Shown piece by piece: positions 1 to 10,737 of a stretch of DNA of 64,000 nt. The notes below the pieces were generated by a model, which was not told the origin of the DNA, did not search any database, and was given only the letters and a program-made list of their open reading frames with translations. The position numbers and the translations under genes were made by a program. Positions within the stretch are counted from its first letter, which is position 1, and every line of letters starts with the position of its first letter. This DNA is from Dimorphilus gyrociliatus (lineage: Eukaryota > Animalia > Annelida): assembly GCA_904063045.1 (NCBI GenBank), contig CAJFCJ010000007.1, forward strand, positions 492,819-556,818. Reading direction: 5' to 3'.

Positions 1-302
1 TTAATAATTCTTGCCGAATTTCGGAGAAGGTCTCCCTATGTTGAGAAAATTTTTAAGTCAAATACATTCATTCTAATTTTGTGTGTTTTCCTTTACCTTT
101 CTGATAAATAATAAAACATATAAGCAACTCCTGCGCAACCTGTATAGATTCCTCCCTTGCAATTGTCAAAAATAGGAGGCATTTGTTCAATAATTTCTTT
201 AAAATGGCTTATAATCTGCGATTTCCAATAGTTTTTATCCAACATAAGAGAAGTTCTATCTGATGGATCATAATCTCTCATTTTATTTAGAAAAAATCTC
301 AT
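1..302 (-). CDS. LANCL3: LanC-like protein 3 homolog, 5' part (runs off window start)
   Basis: ATG at 302. Exon 302-97 encodes CKGGIYTGCAGVAYMFYYLS, matching the LANCL3 motif CQGGLYGGVAGVAYMLY. A 61-nt GT-AG intron (96-36) keeps the frame into ETFSEIRQELL. Confidence 0.8.
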
Positions 303-441
303 AACTACTTTAGTTGAGAGTATTTGACCTTTTAATAGGGAAAAATGCGAATAATTTAATACAGTTTTCCTGTTTTCAATTAGACTTTTTTTGCCTGCTT
401 TCGGTCTCTAATGGTTTCAAAGAAAACCAAAAGCTTTTCAT

Positions 442-457
442 CCAGGAGATGGCGCTA
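442..457 (+). promoter_or_regulatory. CTCF-like (also YY1-like) motif in the divergent LANCL3/C22orf39 promoter
   Basis: CCAGGAGATGGCGCTA resembles the CTCF core CCASYAGRKGGCRS and lies between two divergent start codons (302 and 688). Confidence 0.4.
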
Positions 458-687
458 TATACAACCAGTTAAATTAGCTTCGCACCAAATGATTTCCTCT
501 ACCCAATACCCTTTTAAAAAGTCGCATAAATGGCGTAATTGGATTTACTATAAATAGTAAAGTTGAAAGAAAAAATAAGTTGCCCGAAAGTAAAATAATA
601 ACAGATTTAATCGCAACTGAATATTTCGCTAATAAGAAAACACATTTAAACTTGAGGTTATAACTTCAATATCATTATATTCCAAGA

Positions 688-1469
688 ATGGTTGAATCAA
701 ATTCAGAGATCGATATCTTGTCAGTTCGTATAATCTTAGAATATTCAATATTTTAAAAACATGATAAAAAACTTAAATTGTAACAGATTATTGGCAGATG
801 TTGTTAAACGATAATATGAGAAAAATATTTATCCTTTGACAATATTTTATTAAATAATTACGTAACGGCTATTTAAATACATAATAATCAATTATATAAT
901 CTGAAGGTCGTGTATTAAAAAGTTGTTATTCTGCTCCGAATGTGTGACATGAGTGATATGAATAAAAATGAATGTTTTTCTAGATAAGGTCTTGCGAAGC
1001 GTATTTGGATGAATATAAGGAATGCCGAAGTAAGTTTTTCTCTTTTAATATAAGAAATTAACGATTAACAAACAAATTATAGGTTTAAGGGCAAGATTTC
1101 ATCAATATTATATATACGGCAAAACGATTGACTGTCTAGAATGGAAAAAGAATTACGAGAACTGCAAAAAATTTCAAGATACGGGAAAATATGAATTCTT
1201 CGTAAGTAACACGTAACATAAATTATAACAACCAATCATATATTTATATCAATCTATTTTAAAAAAAGGAGAGTCTAGTTGATAATGAAAGAGAACGATA
1301 TCGTAAAAAAATAGAAGAATATAAGAAAAATGACATATGGCAATATAGGAAAGATGCCCCCTCAGACTGGGAATCTCCTCTTCCTGCATCATTAGAGAAA
1401 AATAAACTACCATTATTACCTAAGTCTAATTTACAGAAATACTCTGGAAGTAGCTGTAATATTTTGTAG
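688..1469 (+). CDS. C22orf39: UPF0545 / C22orf39 homolog, 4 exons
   Basis: Spliced exons at 984, 1083 and 1269 give IRSCEAYLDEYKECRSLRARFHQYYIYGKTIDCLEWKKNYENC...DIWQYRKDAPSDWESPLP, the family Cys/Trp pattern. Stop TAG at 1467-1469. The first exon (ATG 688) is less certain. Confidence 0.8.
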
Positions 1470-1652
1470 ATTACAAAGAGGTGTTTTTATATATATATGT
1501 CAACACACACACATATATATATATATTTATATATATATAGATCATTTTAAATTTCGTATATATTAATTTTCAAAGACAAATTTATATATACATTCAGTAC
1601 GAGTCACATATAAGTATACCTTGACAAGTTTAAAAAGTTGCCTTTTTAAAAG

Positions 1653-4359
1653 TTATTGCGACGAACCAGATACCGGCGGAAATTCCTCATGGTCATCCAA
1701 TTTTAGAACGTTTTCTGATGTTCCTTCTGCAGTATTCCCTTTTTGATTCTCTGGAGAAGATAATAATTCAGCATGGCTAACTATTTTCAAAAGTAATTTT
1801 TGTTTTTCATGCAAATGTTTTTAACCGCAGAAAATTTTTAAACATTCGACAATCGTTTCAAAAGAAAGATAATTAAAATTGAAACCAAAGTTCGACACAC
1901 CTCTCACTCAAGAAAACATTCACACATCCTTCTTTAAGTAATCCTCATCTATATTATAATCTCCGCACAAATTTTCCATTGAACAAACTACTTTCGGACT
2001 TAAAATACGCTGTTCGCAATCCATAACTATCTTAGCTGGCTGCTGACTAATAGAAGATGGTTGAGCAATGATAGATTTTTCATCCGAATTAGCAGGAGGA
2101 ATTTCAATTGGTTCACTCTTAGTTGCAATTTCATTCGTATTAACTATATTCTGTTGGTCACCTTTAGTCTTTTTTTCGCAAACTTCCATAAATCCGCATT
2201 CGAGTTCACTCTCAGCTGTAGTATTGATATATCATTCTTTAAATAAAAAGAAAACGTTGCTTTTTTTTTGTGTTAAAATAATTTTCATCGTCATCGTCGC
2301 CGTCATTATCATCATCATCGTTATCATCAAAACATATTTTTTTAATGGAAGGGAGGAGAAAGGAAATAAGAGTAGGACTGACAAAACTTTTGTCTTCCTT
2401 TTCTTTTTGTTTTTTTTTCGGCAGTAGTTAAAATTTTAAGCCAACTATTATATTTCAAACAATTCAACAATAACAAAAAAACACGGCTAAGCGTCATCTT
2501 TGTTTCGTTCATTTTCCGAATAAATGATAATAATTTTTTAAGGATAAATATAGAAAAGCAAACTTTTAAAAGTTATTTTATCTTAAAGAGTATATAGTGT
2601 GAGAAAATCATTTAACGATTACAGCGTTATGTAATAATTTGTTATCACTTAGCAAAATATGAAATATTATATAAATAACAAGTTCCGACCTGTGCTTCTT
2701 GATGCGTATAATAATAAATACTAATTGATTTTTTATAGTTTGCTTACTAAAAATATATTACGTCATTCATACGAAATTGTTATCATCATTCATACGAAGA
2801 TGAAAAAACAGAAAAAGCCAATGGGAAACAATACCATTCTATAAGGAAGTAACGCGTTAATTGCTCTAAAGCGGGTGAACTTGATTAAATTCAGTTAGAG
2901 GGGGTGTTAAAAAAAAAAATTTAACTGGAAGTGATCAAAAGGACGACATACTCTTACGATTCTCGAATGCTAAAACCTCAATGAGGATGAAAACATTCTG
3001 CTAACAATGTTTTACCTTTCCTTTTACCTTCCATACGCGTTTTACCGACCACTTGAGCATAACTCATAGTCGTTCGATTTTTCGAATCAATCTCCTTACC
3101 TGTCAATGTCTCCTCCTCCTTTTTGCCATCGATGCGGTGTTGCTTGACCAGTGAACATTCTATAGATCCCTTATCTGCAAGGGGAACCCTATAGACGTAT
3201 AGGTAGCCGTCCTGACTGGCAGCCAAAACTGAAGGTTCGCCAGAAATTGTTGCAAGACAAGCTACATTTCTTCTCCCGTAAGTGGGCAGTTTAGCTGTGT
3301 ACACAGAACGTTTCTGATGCATCATATCACCAACTTGCCCTGGAAGCATTGTAGAGGCGCTATTCGCCATTTGACCAAACCATGCCATCCAACCGGAACC
3401 ATGTTCTTCCTCTGGCCTAGGCTCGGTTTCCTGTTCGTCTGGGTTCAATTTGAACACGTGTATAGTTTCTGTGTTAGAGCTACAGCATAACAACATGGAA
3501 TCGTTGGAAAAACTTAGTGAGTTAATGTCAGCACATCTAGCTACGCCACGTCTTAATTCGTATTGTCTTGAACCGTCAGGGATTTTGAAAACCCGAATCA
3601 AGGTACCTTTTTCAGAAGCAGTAGCTAGGAGGCATCCAGAAGAGTTAAATGCTAGTTGAGCTATAGTCGAATTGTGGGCAGGGATCATTGTTAAATTTCT
3701 TATATTAATAGTATCGAATACGTGTATTTCTCCGGACTGATTATTACCAGGATAAGCTAAATAAGAACATTCGTTATCAACGCATAAAGCAATAATTCCT
3801 TTTGGATTTCGTGGCGTTTCAGTTATGGTATGTAAGACTTTCATATCCCTGATATTGTGAATGTAGATTGAGTCCTCTAGACAGACAACCAATCTCTAAA
3901 ATCCGAACAGAAATTGAAAAAATACCTCTGAAGTAAACAGCTGAAAAATAGACTTACAACTCGATTCAACCGTACACTCAATACCGTATTCGAATATGAA
4001 TAATTGCATATTTCAGTTCCTTTCTTAAAATGATTTATCTTTAGTTTTCTTGGTGAATGAAGAGTTACTAAAGCGACTAGTGAAGATGAAAATAGACGTT
4101 CTACTATATAGACTTCTTCCTCAGCTGTAATCAATGAGTCACCTTAGTCCACATCAACAGATTACACAATTCTTACCTTCCTCGTATATACATTCCAATT
4201 TGTCCCCGTTGAAAGCATACAATCGATAACCATTTTTCATACCAACACCAAGTGACCTAAAAATACAGAACATATAAATCAAAACAAAGAAAAATTCAAG
4301 GAAATTTCATACGTCGAATCTTGATTAAAATTCATATATAAGAGTGGAGTTTCAGACAT
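1653..4359 (-). CDS. WIPI2: WD-repeat phosphoinositide-interacting protein (PROPPIN), WIPI1/2-Atg18 type
   Basis: Spliced N-terminus [21 protein letters not shown], then [22 protein letters not shown] and the LRRG lipid-binding motif. The last exon [12 protein letters not shown] resembles the WIPI2 C-terminus. Stop at 1653-1655. Boundaries of the exon near 1923-2215 are ambiguous. Confidence 0.92.
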
Positions 4360-4613
4360 CTTGAAAATACACAGTGTTGTACTTTTGTAATGATAAAATT
4401 TTATGTAAAAATCAAAGCCTTCGAAGAGAAAAACGCCAATAATATTAAACCATTGAATTTCGTTTTATTTTTATTTTTGTTGGACAGCTGTAACGCGGGC
4501 GTTAATTGGTCAGTTATTCACCTCAGAATAAACTGTTATAGCTTCAGTAAAATAGTCAAAGGCTATTTAAATCAATTTTTTTCCTACTCTTAGATAGAAA
4601 ATATAAAATTATC

Positions 4614-5971
4614 ATGAGCATTTCTAATTGTAAAGAGAACCAATCTAAAATAGTATTTTTTTCTTCAGAGAGTGTTGGAGAAGGAAATCCAGGTTGTTTA
4701 TTACTGTGAAATTTTATTTTTCCATATTATCGCCCTCTCCTAATTTTTTGCTTACAGATAAAATCTGCGATCAAATAAGTGACGCTGTGTTAGATGCCCA
4801 CCTTGAAAGAGACCCAAATGCAAAAGTAGCGTGCGGTATAAGTCATTTTTAGGTTTTTTTATTTTTGTCAAAATAAAAGTACACAAATTGTTTTTTTTTT
4901 TCAGAAACTGTTATGCAAAATAGTATGGTGTTCTTATTAGGTGAAATATCAAGCACCGCTCGGGTTGACTATGAACAGTTGGTTCGACAAACTATTAAAA
5001 AGATCGGTTACACACACAGTGATCAGGGTTGCGACTATAAACTACTTAACGTAATTACTGCGCTCGAAGAACAAAGCCCCGACATTGCCGAGAGTGTTCA
5101 TCTAGGTAAAGAAGAGGAAAGCATTGGAGCAGGAGACCAAGGAATAATGTTTGGTTACGCAACTGATGAAACCGATGAATGTATGCCGTTGACAATTGTT
5201 ATAGCTCATAAGTTAAATATGAGAATTGCGCAGTTGAGAAAAACGGGAGAGTTGAAATGGGCACTACCGGATTCAAAAACTCAAGTTACTGTCGAATACT
5301 GCATGAACGGTGGATACTGCGTACCAAAGCGAGTATCGGCGGTTGTTGTCAATGTTCAACAAAGAGGCGGAGACAAAAATTCGATCAAAAACGATATTAT
5401 TAAAATTGTTAAAGAGACAATTCCTAATCAATTTTACGACGAAAATACAGTTCTTCATCTACAACAGGACAATGCAGCCACTAGAGGTCCTTTTAGATCA
5501 TGCGGCCTTACAGGACGCAAGATTATTGTCGATACATATGGTGGATGGGGGGCACATGGCGGTGGAGCCTTTTCAGGCAAAGATTTTTCGAAGGTAGACA
5601 GAAGCGCTGCCTATGCCGCAAGATGGATTGCCAAATCACTGGTTAAAGCTGGTCTATGTAGAAGAGTACTTGTTCAACTTTCTTATGCCATTGGTATTGC
5701 AGAACCTCTTTCAGTATTCGTAAATTCATATGGAACTGGAATTAAATCAGATAATGACTTGATTAACATTGTGAAACGAAACTTTGATTTACGTCCTGGA
5801 ATAATCGTCAGGTAAGTCTGGAAGAGTTAAAATTTCTTTTGTTTGTAATGAAATATTGCTCATTACAGAGATTTAAACCTTAAGGCAGCAATTTATAAGA
5901 GAACGGCCTGTTATGGTCACTTTGGTCGGAAGGAATTTACCTGGGAGCAACCAAAGAATTTAATTTACTGA
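4614..5971 (+). CDS. MAT: S-adenosylmethionine synthetase (MAT) family protein with degenerate active site, 4 exons
   Basis: ESVGEG(N)[47 protein letters not shown] and C-terminal YGHFGR are present. The frame is intact across three GT-AG introns, with stop TGA at 5969-5971. The start at 4614 is likely, but TTCTTCAG at 4661-4668 could alternatively be a splice acceptor. Confidence 0.93.
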
Positions 5972-6225
5972 TATTATTTAATGCTTTTTTCTCTATCCGC
6001 AAACTAGATCTGTTAAACAAAACAATCTGAATTTCATATTATGTGTTTAAGTCTATAGACTGTAAATATATTGGAAAAATTTATAAAATTAAGTGTATTT
6101 TAATTCATGACATATGAGTAACGAATTAACTGAATATTTATCAAACAGCCTTAGATATGAACCCACTCAAGCCTATGAAAAAGAATGGACAATTGACTTA
6201 ATTGTTATTACTAACTTCTGTGAAT

Positions 6226-8327
6226 TTATAGTTCAGTCTTCTTCTTCAACTTCTTTCCATTACGATCATATCCGACTAAAGGATCAGTAGATTCCTTAGC
6301 TAGATATTTAAGGAAGTCTTTAACTTCTCTTCCTCCTTCGTACTTGCGTGGACTATCTTTTTGACCTTTAGGGGCAAAGTAGATAGTTGGGAATCCGTGC
6401 ACTTCATATGGTTTCGGCACATCGTTTGCTGTGGCATCCATTTTGGCAATAGTTATGGAAGGTTCATTTTCTAATTTGCCGGCGAGTTCATCGTATTTGG
6501 GAGCAAGGCTCTTGCAATGTCCGCACCATGGGGCATAGAATTCGATGAGCACGTCCTTCGAGTCATCATTAACAATCTAGAGAAAGATGTAAAATTAATA
6601 AAAAAGCCATATAAATGAATGAAAAATTTAAGTTAACCTTATCAAATTCTTTAGCAACAACAACTTTAACTGGTTCTTCATTAGTTTCTGGAATAGCTTC
6701 AGATTTTAAATAAGGAGTCAATTTATCATCAACCAAATCGACAACAAATTGTTTCAATCTATCCATGGAAAATTCGCCTTCCATAATGAATTTTTGATCC
6801 TTATCGTTTCTTCCAGCAACAACTGGTTTATCGGAAGGAGCCTCAATTCCGAATTCGCTGAGCTCTTGAGAGAAATCGTCTCTATTGGAGATAGCGTAGT
6901 TGACTTTCTTCCCAGCTGCATTCAATTCTTTAGCTATCTTCATAACTCTGTTTCTCCAATAGTTGGTTCCTTTAGTGTTTTTAACATAGTCAACGTCATA
7001 ATAAGCAACAACCAGAGGGTTCTTAAATTGATCGGTGTTTCCAGTTGTACGGTGGCCGCACAAACCGTGGACATTATCTCTAACCCACTCCTTCATGGCA
7101 GGTATGGTAGCAGATCCCTCGTACTTAACTTGGGCATCTTCAAATTTGCTTTGAAGTCTTTTTGGTCTGAATAAAACGATATTGTTGCTGAAGCTGTATT
7201 TCTCAGAAACACTACTTTCGAAAGAGTGACCAAAACGGAAGTCTTCGCTCATTGCATCGGCCAATTTGGAGAATTGTTTGGCCAATTCGTTTTCATTAGA
7301 ATCGAAAAATCCAACAATAGTAACATCTTGAGTTTTCAAGAAACTTTCCATACCGTCAACTGATTCAACATTTTTTGAACTTGGTCCAGCCTTGGAGCGC
7401 ATGTATTTGAAGATACCATCTGTTCAAGAGAATAATTGTATTTAAGATCAATAATATGCTTTTTTTAGTATTTGCTAATAGCTAGAGATAGACAAAAGGG
7501 GATATAAAAATAATGAATAGAACAGAAAAAAGCTGCCTAGTCCAAAATCAAATAAAAGTTGGTTAAATTATATCAATCTATTCCTCCCGCATTTTTTTGT
7601 CTCACCAGACGTTCTCGGCCCCTTGTAGTCATCTGAGAGTTGACCGCGTTTGAATATTTTCATAGTGGGAAAACCCCTTATATCAAACTTAGAGCAAATT
7701 TTCTTTCCCATACTCGTACAATCAACCTACAATTAGTGCAATTTTGTTGATATACTAAACAAGAATTAGTGAACTAGAATATAATGTAAAAAACAAGCAA
7801 GAATGATTAGCATAATTAAAAAAGAGAAGCAGCGAACAACAGCAAACTACAGCAAAGTTGACAGCAAACTGACCATGTTCTCTTGGTCCATTATAATCTT
7901 CAGAGTTCTCAGGATCTGATCGGAAAATCTTCAAGGTTGGATATCCGGATACTCCGTATTTGCCACAAGTTTTTGTTTCAACGGTACAATCAAGCTTTTA
8001 TACCCCAAAAAATGTTATTTTATACTTTTTATGTCATTTTAATATTTACCTTTGCCAAAGTAACTGGTGGATCGTTAGCTGACAAGAGTGAAGCTGCTTT
8101 ATCAAATTCGGGTGCAAGTCTCTTACAATGTCCGCACCTGATCAATTAACAGAGTTTATATTTGTATAAATTATTAATTATACTAATGCAGACCATGGAG
8201 CATAGAATTTTACAAGCATTATACCATGCTGTTTTACTTTGTCGGCGAAGTCAGCATCGGTCAAGTCGAGGACCTCTGAGGCTTGAAGAAAGCCGATCGT
8301 GCTAAGTAGAACTAAATACTTCAACAT
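6226..8327 (-). CDS. PDIA3: Protein disulfide-isomerase A3 (ERp57/ERp60) with a mutually exclusive exon pair
   Basis: Signal peptide [16 protein letters not shown], two WCGHC thioredoxin motifs, [13 protein letters not shown] in the b' region and C-terminal ER-retention KTEL. Alternative exons at 7874-7994 and 7606-7726. Confidence 0.96.
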
Positions 8328-8429
8328 AATGTCGGAAACTACAATTGACTGTAGTAAATTGTTCGAGATTTAAGTGAAATCTTTTGGGGCACCGCTTGAA
8401 AAACGTGGACGGTCGAGTGTGTCGCGAGC

Positions 8430-8481
8430 TGATTGGTTAGCCAGTGTCAACCAATAAGAAACTACCGTCTGTATGACGTCA
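8430..8481. promoter_or_regulatory. PDIA3 promoter: two CCAAT boxes and a perfect CRE
   Basis: GATTGG at about 8432, CCAAT at about 8452 and TGACGTCA at 8474-8481, within 160 bp of the ATG. ACGTGG lies at about 8404. There is no exact ERSE (CCAAT-N9-CCACG). Confidence 0.5.
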
Positions 8482-10048
8482 TTTCTTGTTTGCTGAAGTA
8501 CTCTGTTTGGCGGGTGTTAGTAACTGGTAATTTATAATTTGAAAGTAAAATATATATCTATATATTTAAAACTGAACTAATATTTATAATATACAATTAG
8601 TATCACTGAAGAATAATTAAATAATAGTAGTGATAATATAGCAAAAGAGGAACGAAGCTATGAATCGTGATGTATTGGTCTTACATGATTGAAAAGAAAA
8701 CTAATGACTAAATTTGTCTTAGTAATATATTATTGGAGTACAAGCCGATATCTTATTTTATCATCAAATAAAAAGCGTTAATGACAAAAAAAAATGTGTT
8801 TTGCAAGTTTTTAGGCCTAGTCTAGTCGGCATCTGCTTATGTTTGATCGCATACAAAGCGATACAATTATTAAGCAGAGTTTAAATTATATACAAAATCA
8901 TTAGCAAACTTATTTATTTAGTTTTTATCTTATTTTACTTGGATGATTTCAGCCATGTTGTTTTTTTGTTATCTTTGTCGTGTGAGCAAAGATGTCTATA
9001 AAAAATAAGTATTTTAATATGGCAACTAACTAACTTGTTTTTGAGATATACAATTCTTATGTTTAAAAGCCTTATATAAGCTTCCCCATCGTGTGCTAAC
9101 AATATTAAGTTAGTCCTATATGGTCTATTTACTTAATATGGTGTATAAAATCAATGAGTTGCTATGTGCAAAAATCTAGACTGAAAATGAATTCTCGATT
9201 CAAACAGACAGACTTCAACGTTTACCCATTTTGCTTACTTATTCGATGAAATGGAAGATAAGATACTGGGACCACAATCACCTTCACTGGTAAACGCTAC
9301 CATTTCAAATTAAAAGTAGAGTTAACTAGCAAACTGATGTGGTCTCAGAACAAATTCTACTCCCGCCCCTTGCGTGCATATTGCTCGATTGCGGAGCTGC
9401 TTAGGGGAGTAGAACTATTCATCGACCGGGACCTAAAACTAATTCAAAAGCTCTTTTTCTCTTGAAAAAGAGATAGGCCCGACACTACCTCATAATTGAA
9501 ATTACAGGTAAATGAAGTAAGCAATTCAAGTGAACGGGAAGTCTTGCTGGTTTAAACCAAGGATCCATTGCCAGTCTGCCATCCATTCAACTGCTCGGAG
9601 TTGATCTGGATTACCAATCTGCCAATGTTCACCCGCTGATTATACTGACATATGCAGCTCCTTATATACGCTATTTTGCAGAATATAGGCCTTGTTATAT
9701 CTAAAAAAAATAGCTTCTGCAAGAAAGATTTATGCCATATAATTGCTTAGAAAAACTTGTTTTACATTTGCTCCGGACCTTGTGAGTCAATTTTAACTAT
9801 CTACATATGTCATTCGACAATTCAAAACTAACATCGTATTATATCGCATAGCATTATCTCTCTCTGGCTCTTAACTGCTATCTATGATATATAGAACTAA
9901 ATGCATTTAACTAGTAGTATTCTTAAACTTATTTGCCTCAGAGGGTGTGACTATAACAACCACAATCAAACAGTCTTGCACAACTGATAGCAATGTATTG
10001 CTGATTTTGAAATATTATGAAAGTGCTTTATAAGCTTATAATCTACTT

Positions 10049-10463
10049 TCAGTTGTATCCTTTCCAGGCATAGGAATGAACGATTCCCATTTTCTTATAG
10101 TCAGAATCTTTTTGAGTTCTTCGAGAGTCTGTTACTTTATCCTTATCTATTTTGGAAAGTCTTTCTACCTATGTTGAAAAAGAATTTGTTTAGACGAATC
10201 TTTGATTTATTGATTAGCAGTATTAAATGGATATTTTACAGATATGTTACCATATCACTTATTTCTGTACTATTCATTTCTTTTTGTTCCTTTCTTTCGT
10301 CTATCCTCTTCTTTTGATCAGGAAGTTTATTTAGTCTCGAAACGGTTTGATCAATTTCGTAATCAGTCATTTTCTGGAAGCCTAAACCAAATTCTGGCTC
10401 GAGAATCGTGCCCCAGGCCTGTTTGCTAGACTTTGGCCGAACGGAAGAGCGTATTGAAGTCAT
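10049..10463 (-). CDS. Uncharacterised 110-aa protein with two EIxxxVxRL repeats, 2 exons
   Basis: ORF 10463-10248 spliced (donor GTAACA, acceptor CATAG) to VERLSKIDKDKVTDSRRTQKDSDYKKMGIVHSYAWKGYN with stop TGA at 10049-10051. The frame is preserved across the intron. Confidence 0.7.
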
Positions 10464-10737
10464 TTTAATCCGTGAGTTATTATCCCTAACTCATAAACAC
10501 AGAGATTGTTCTGTTGGCAAGTTGATTACCTTATCAGCCTAAATTAGATGCAAGTGAAGGAAGGTCTCCCGGCAACATTAAGAGTAATTGATTAAAATCA
10601 ATCAATAAATACCGCAATAATCGAACATTAAACTCCCTAACCGCATGTTTATTTTTTTCAATCGAACTTTATATAAAGGGAAAAAGCAATATAAAAGTCC
10701 ATTAACGAAGTAAATTAGGTGGAATCGTAGTAGCCGA

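Noticed and set aside
2061-2427. Plus-strand hydrophobic ORFs 2061-2246 and 2068-2427
   Set aside because: They are antisense shadows of the WIPI2 exon and A/T-rich intron, with no family motifs.
3400-3560. LRRG instead of FRRG in a WIPI1/2-type PROPPIN
   Set aside because: LRRG is a known functional variant of the PROPPIN lipid-binding motif.
6749-7174. 141-aa plus-strand ORF, and similar antisense ORFs over EIF3B, CENP-T, HGS, FAMeT and VPS13
   Set aside because: They lie opposite well-supported coding exons and are explained by codon bias.
10464-10737. Very short same-strand gaps (EIF3B to the 110-aa gene, HGS to PPA1) suggesting operons or trans-splicing
   Set aside because: An AATAAA follows the EIF3B stop and the gaps carry promoter-like sequence. 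No SL RNA or outron evidence is visible, and compactness alone explains it.
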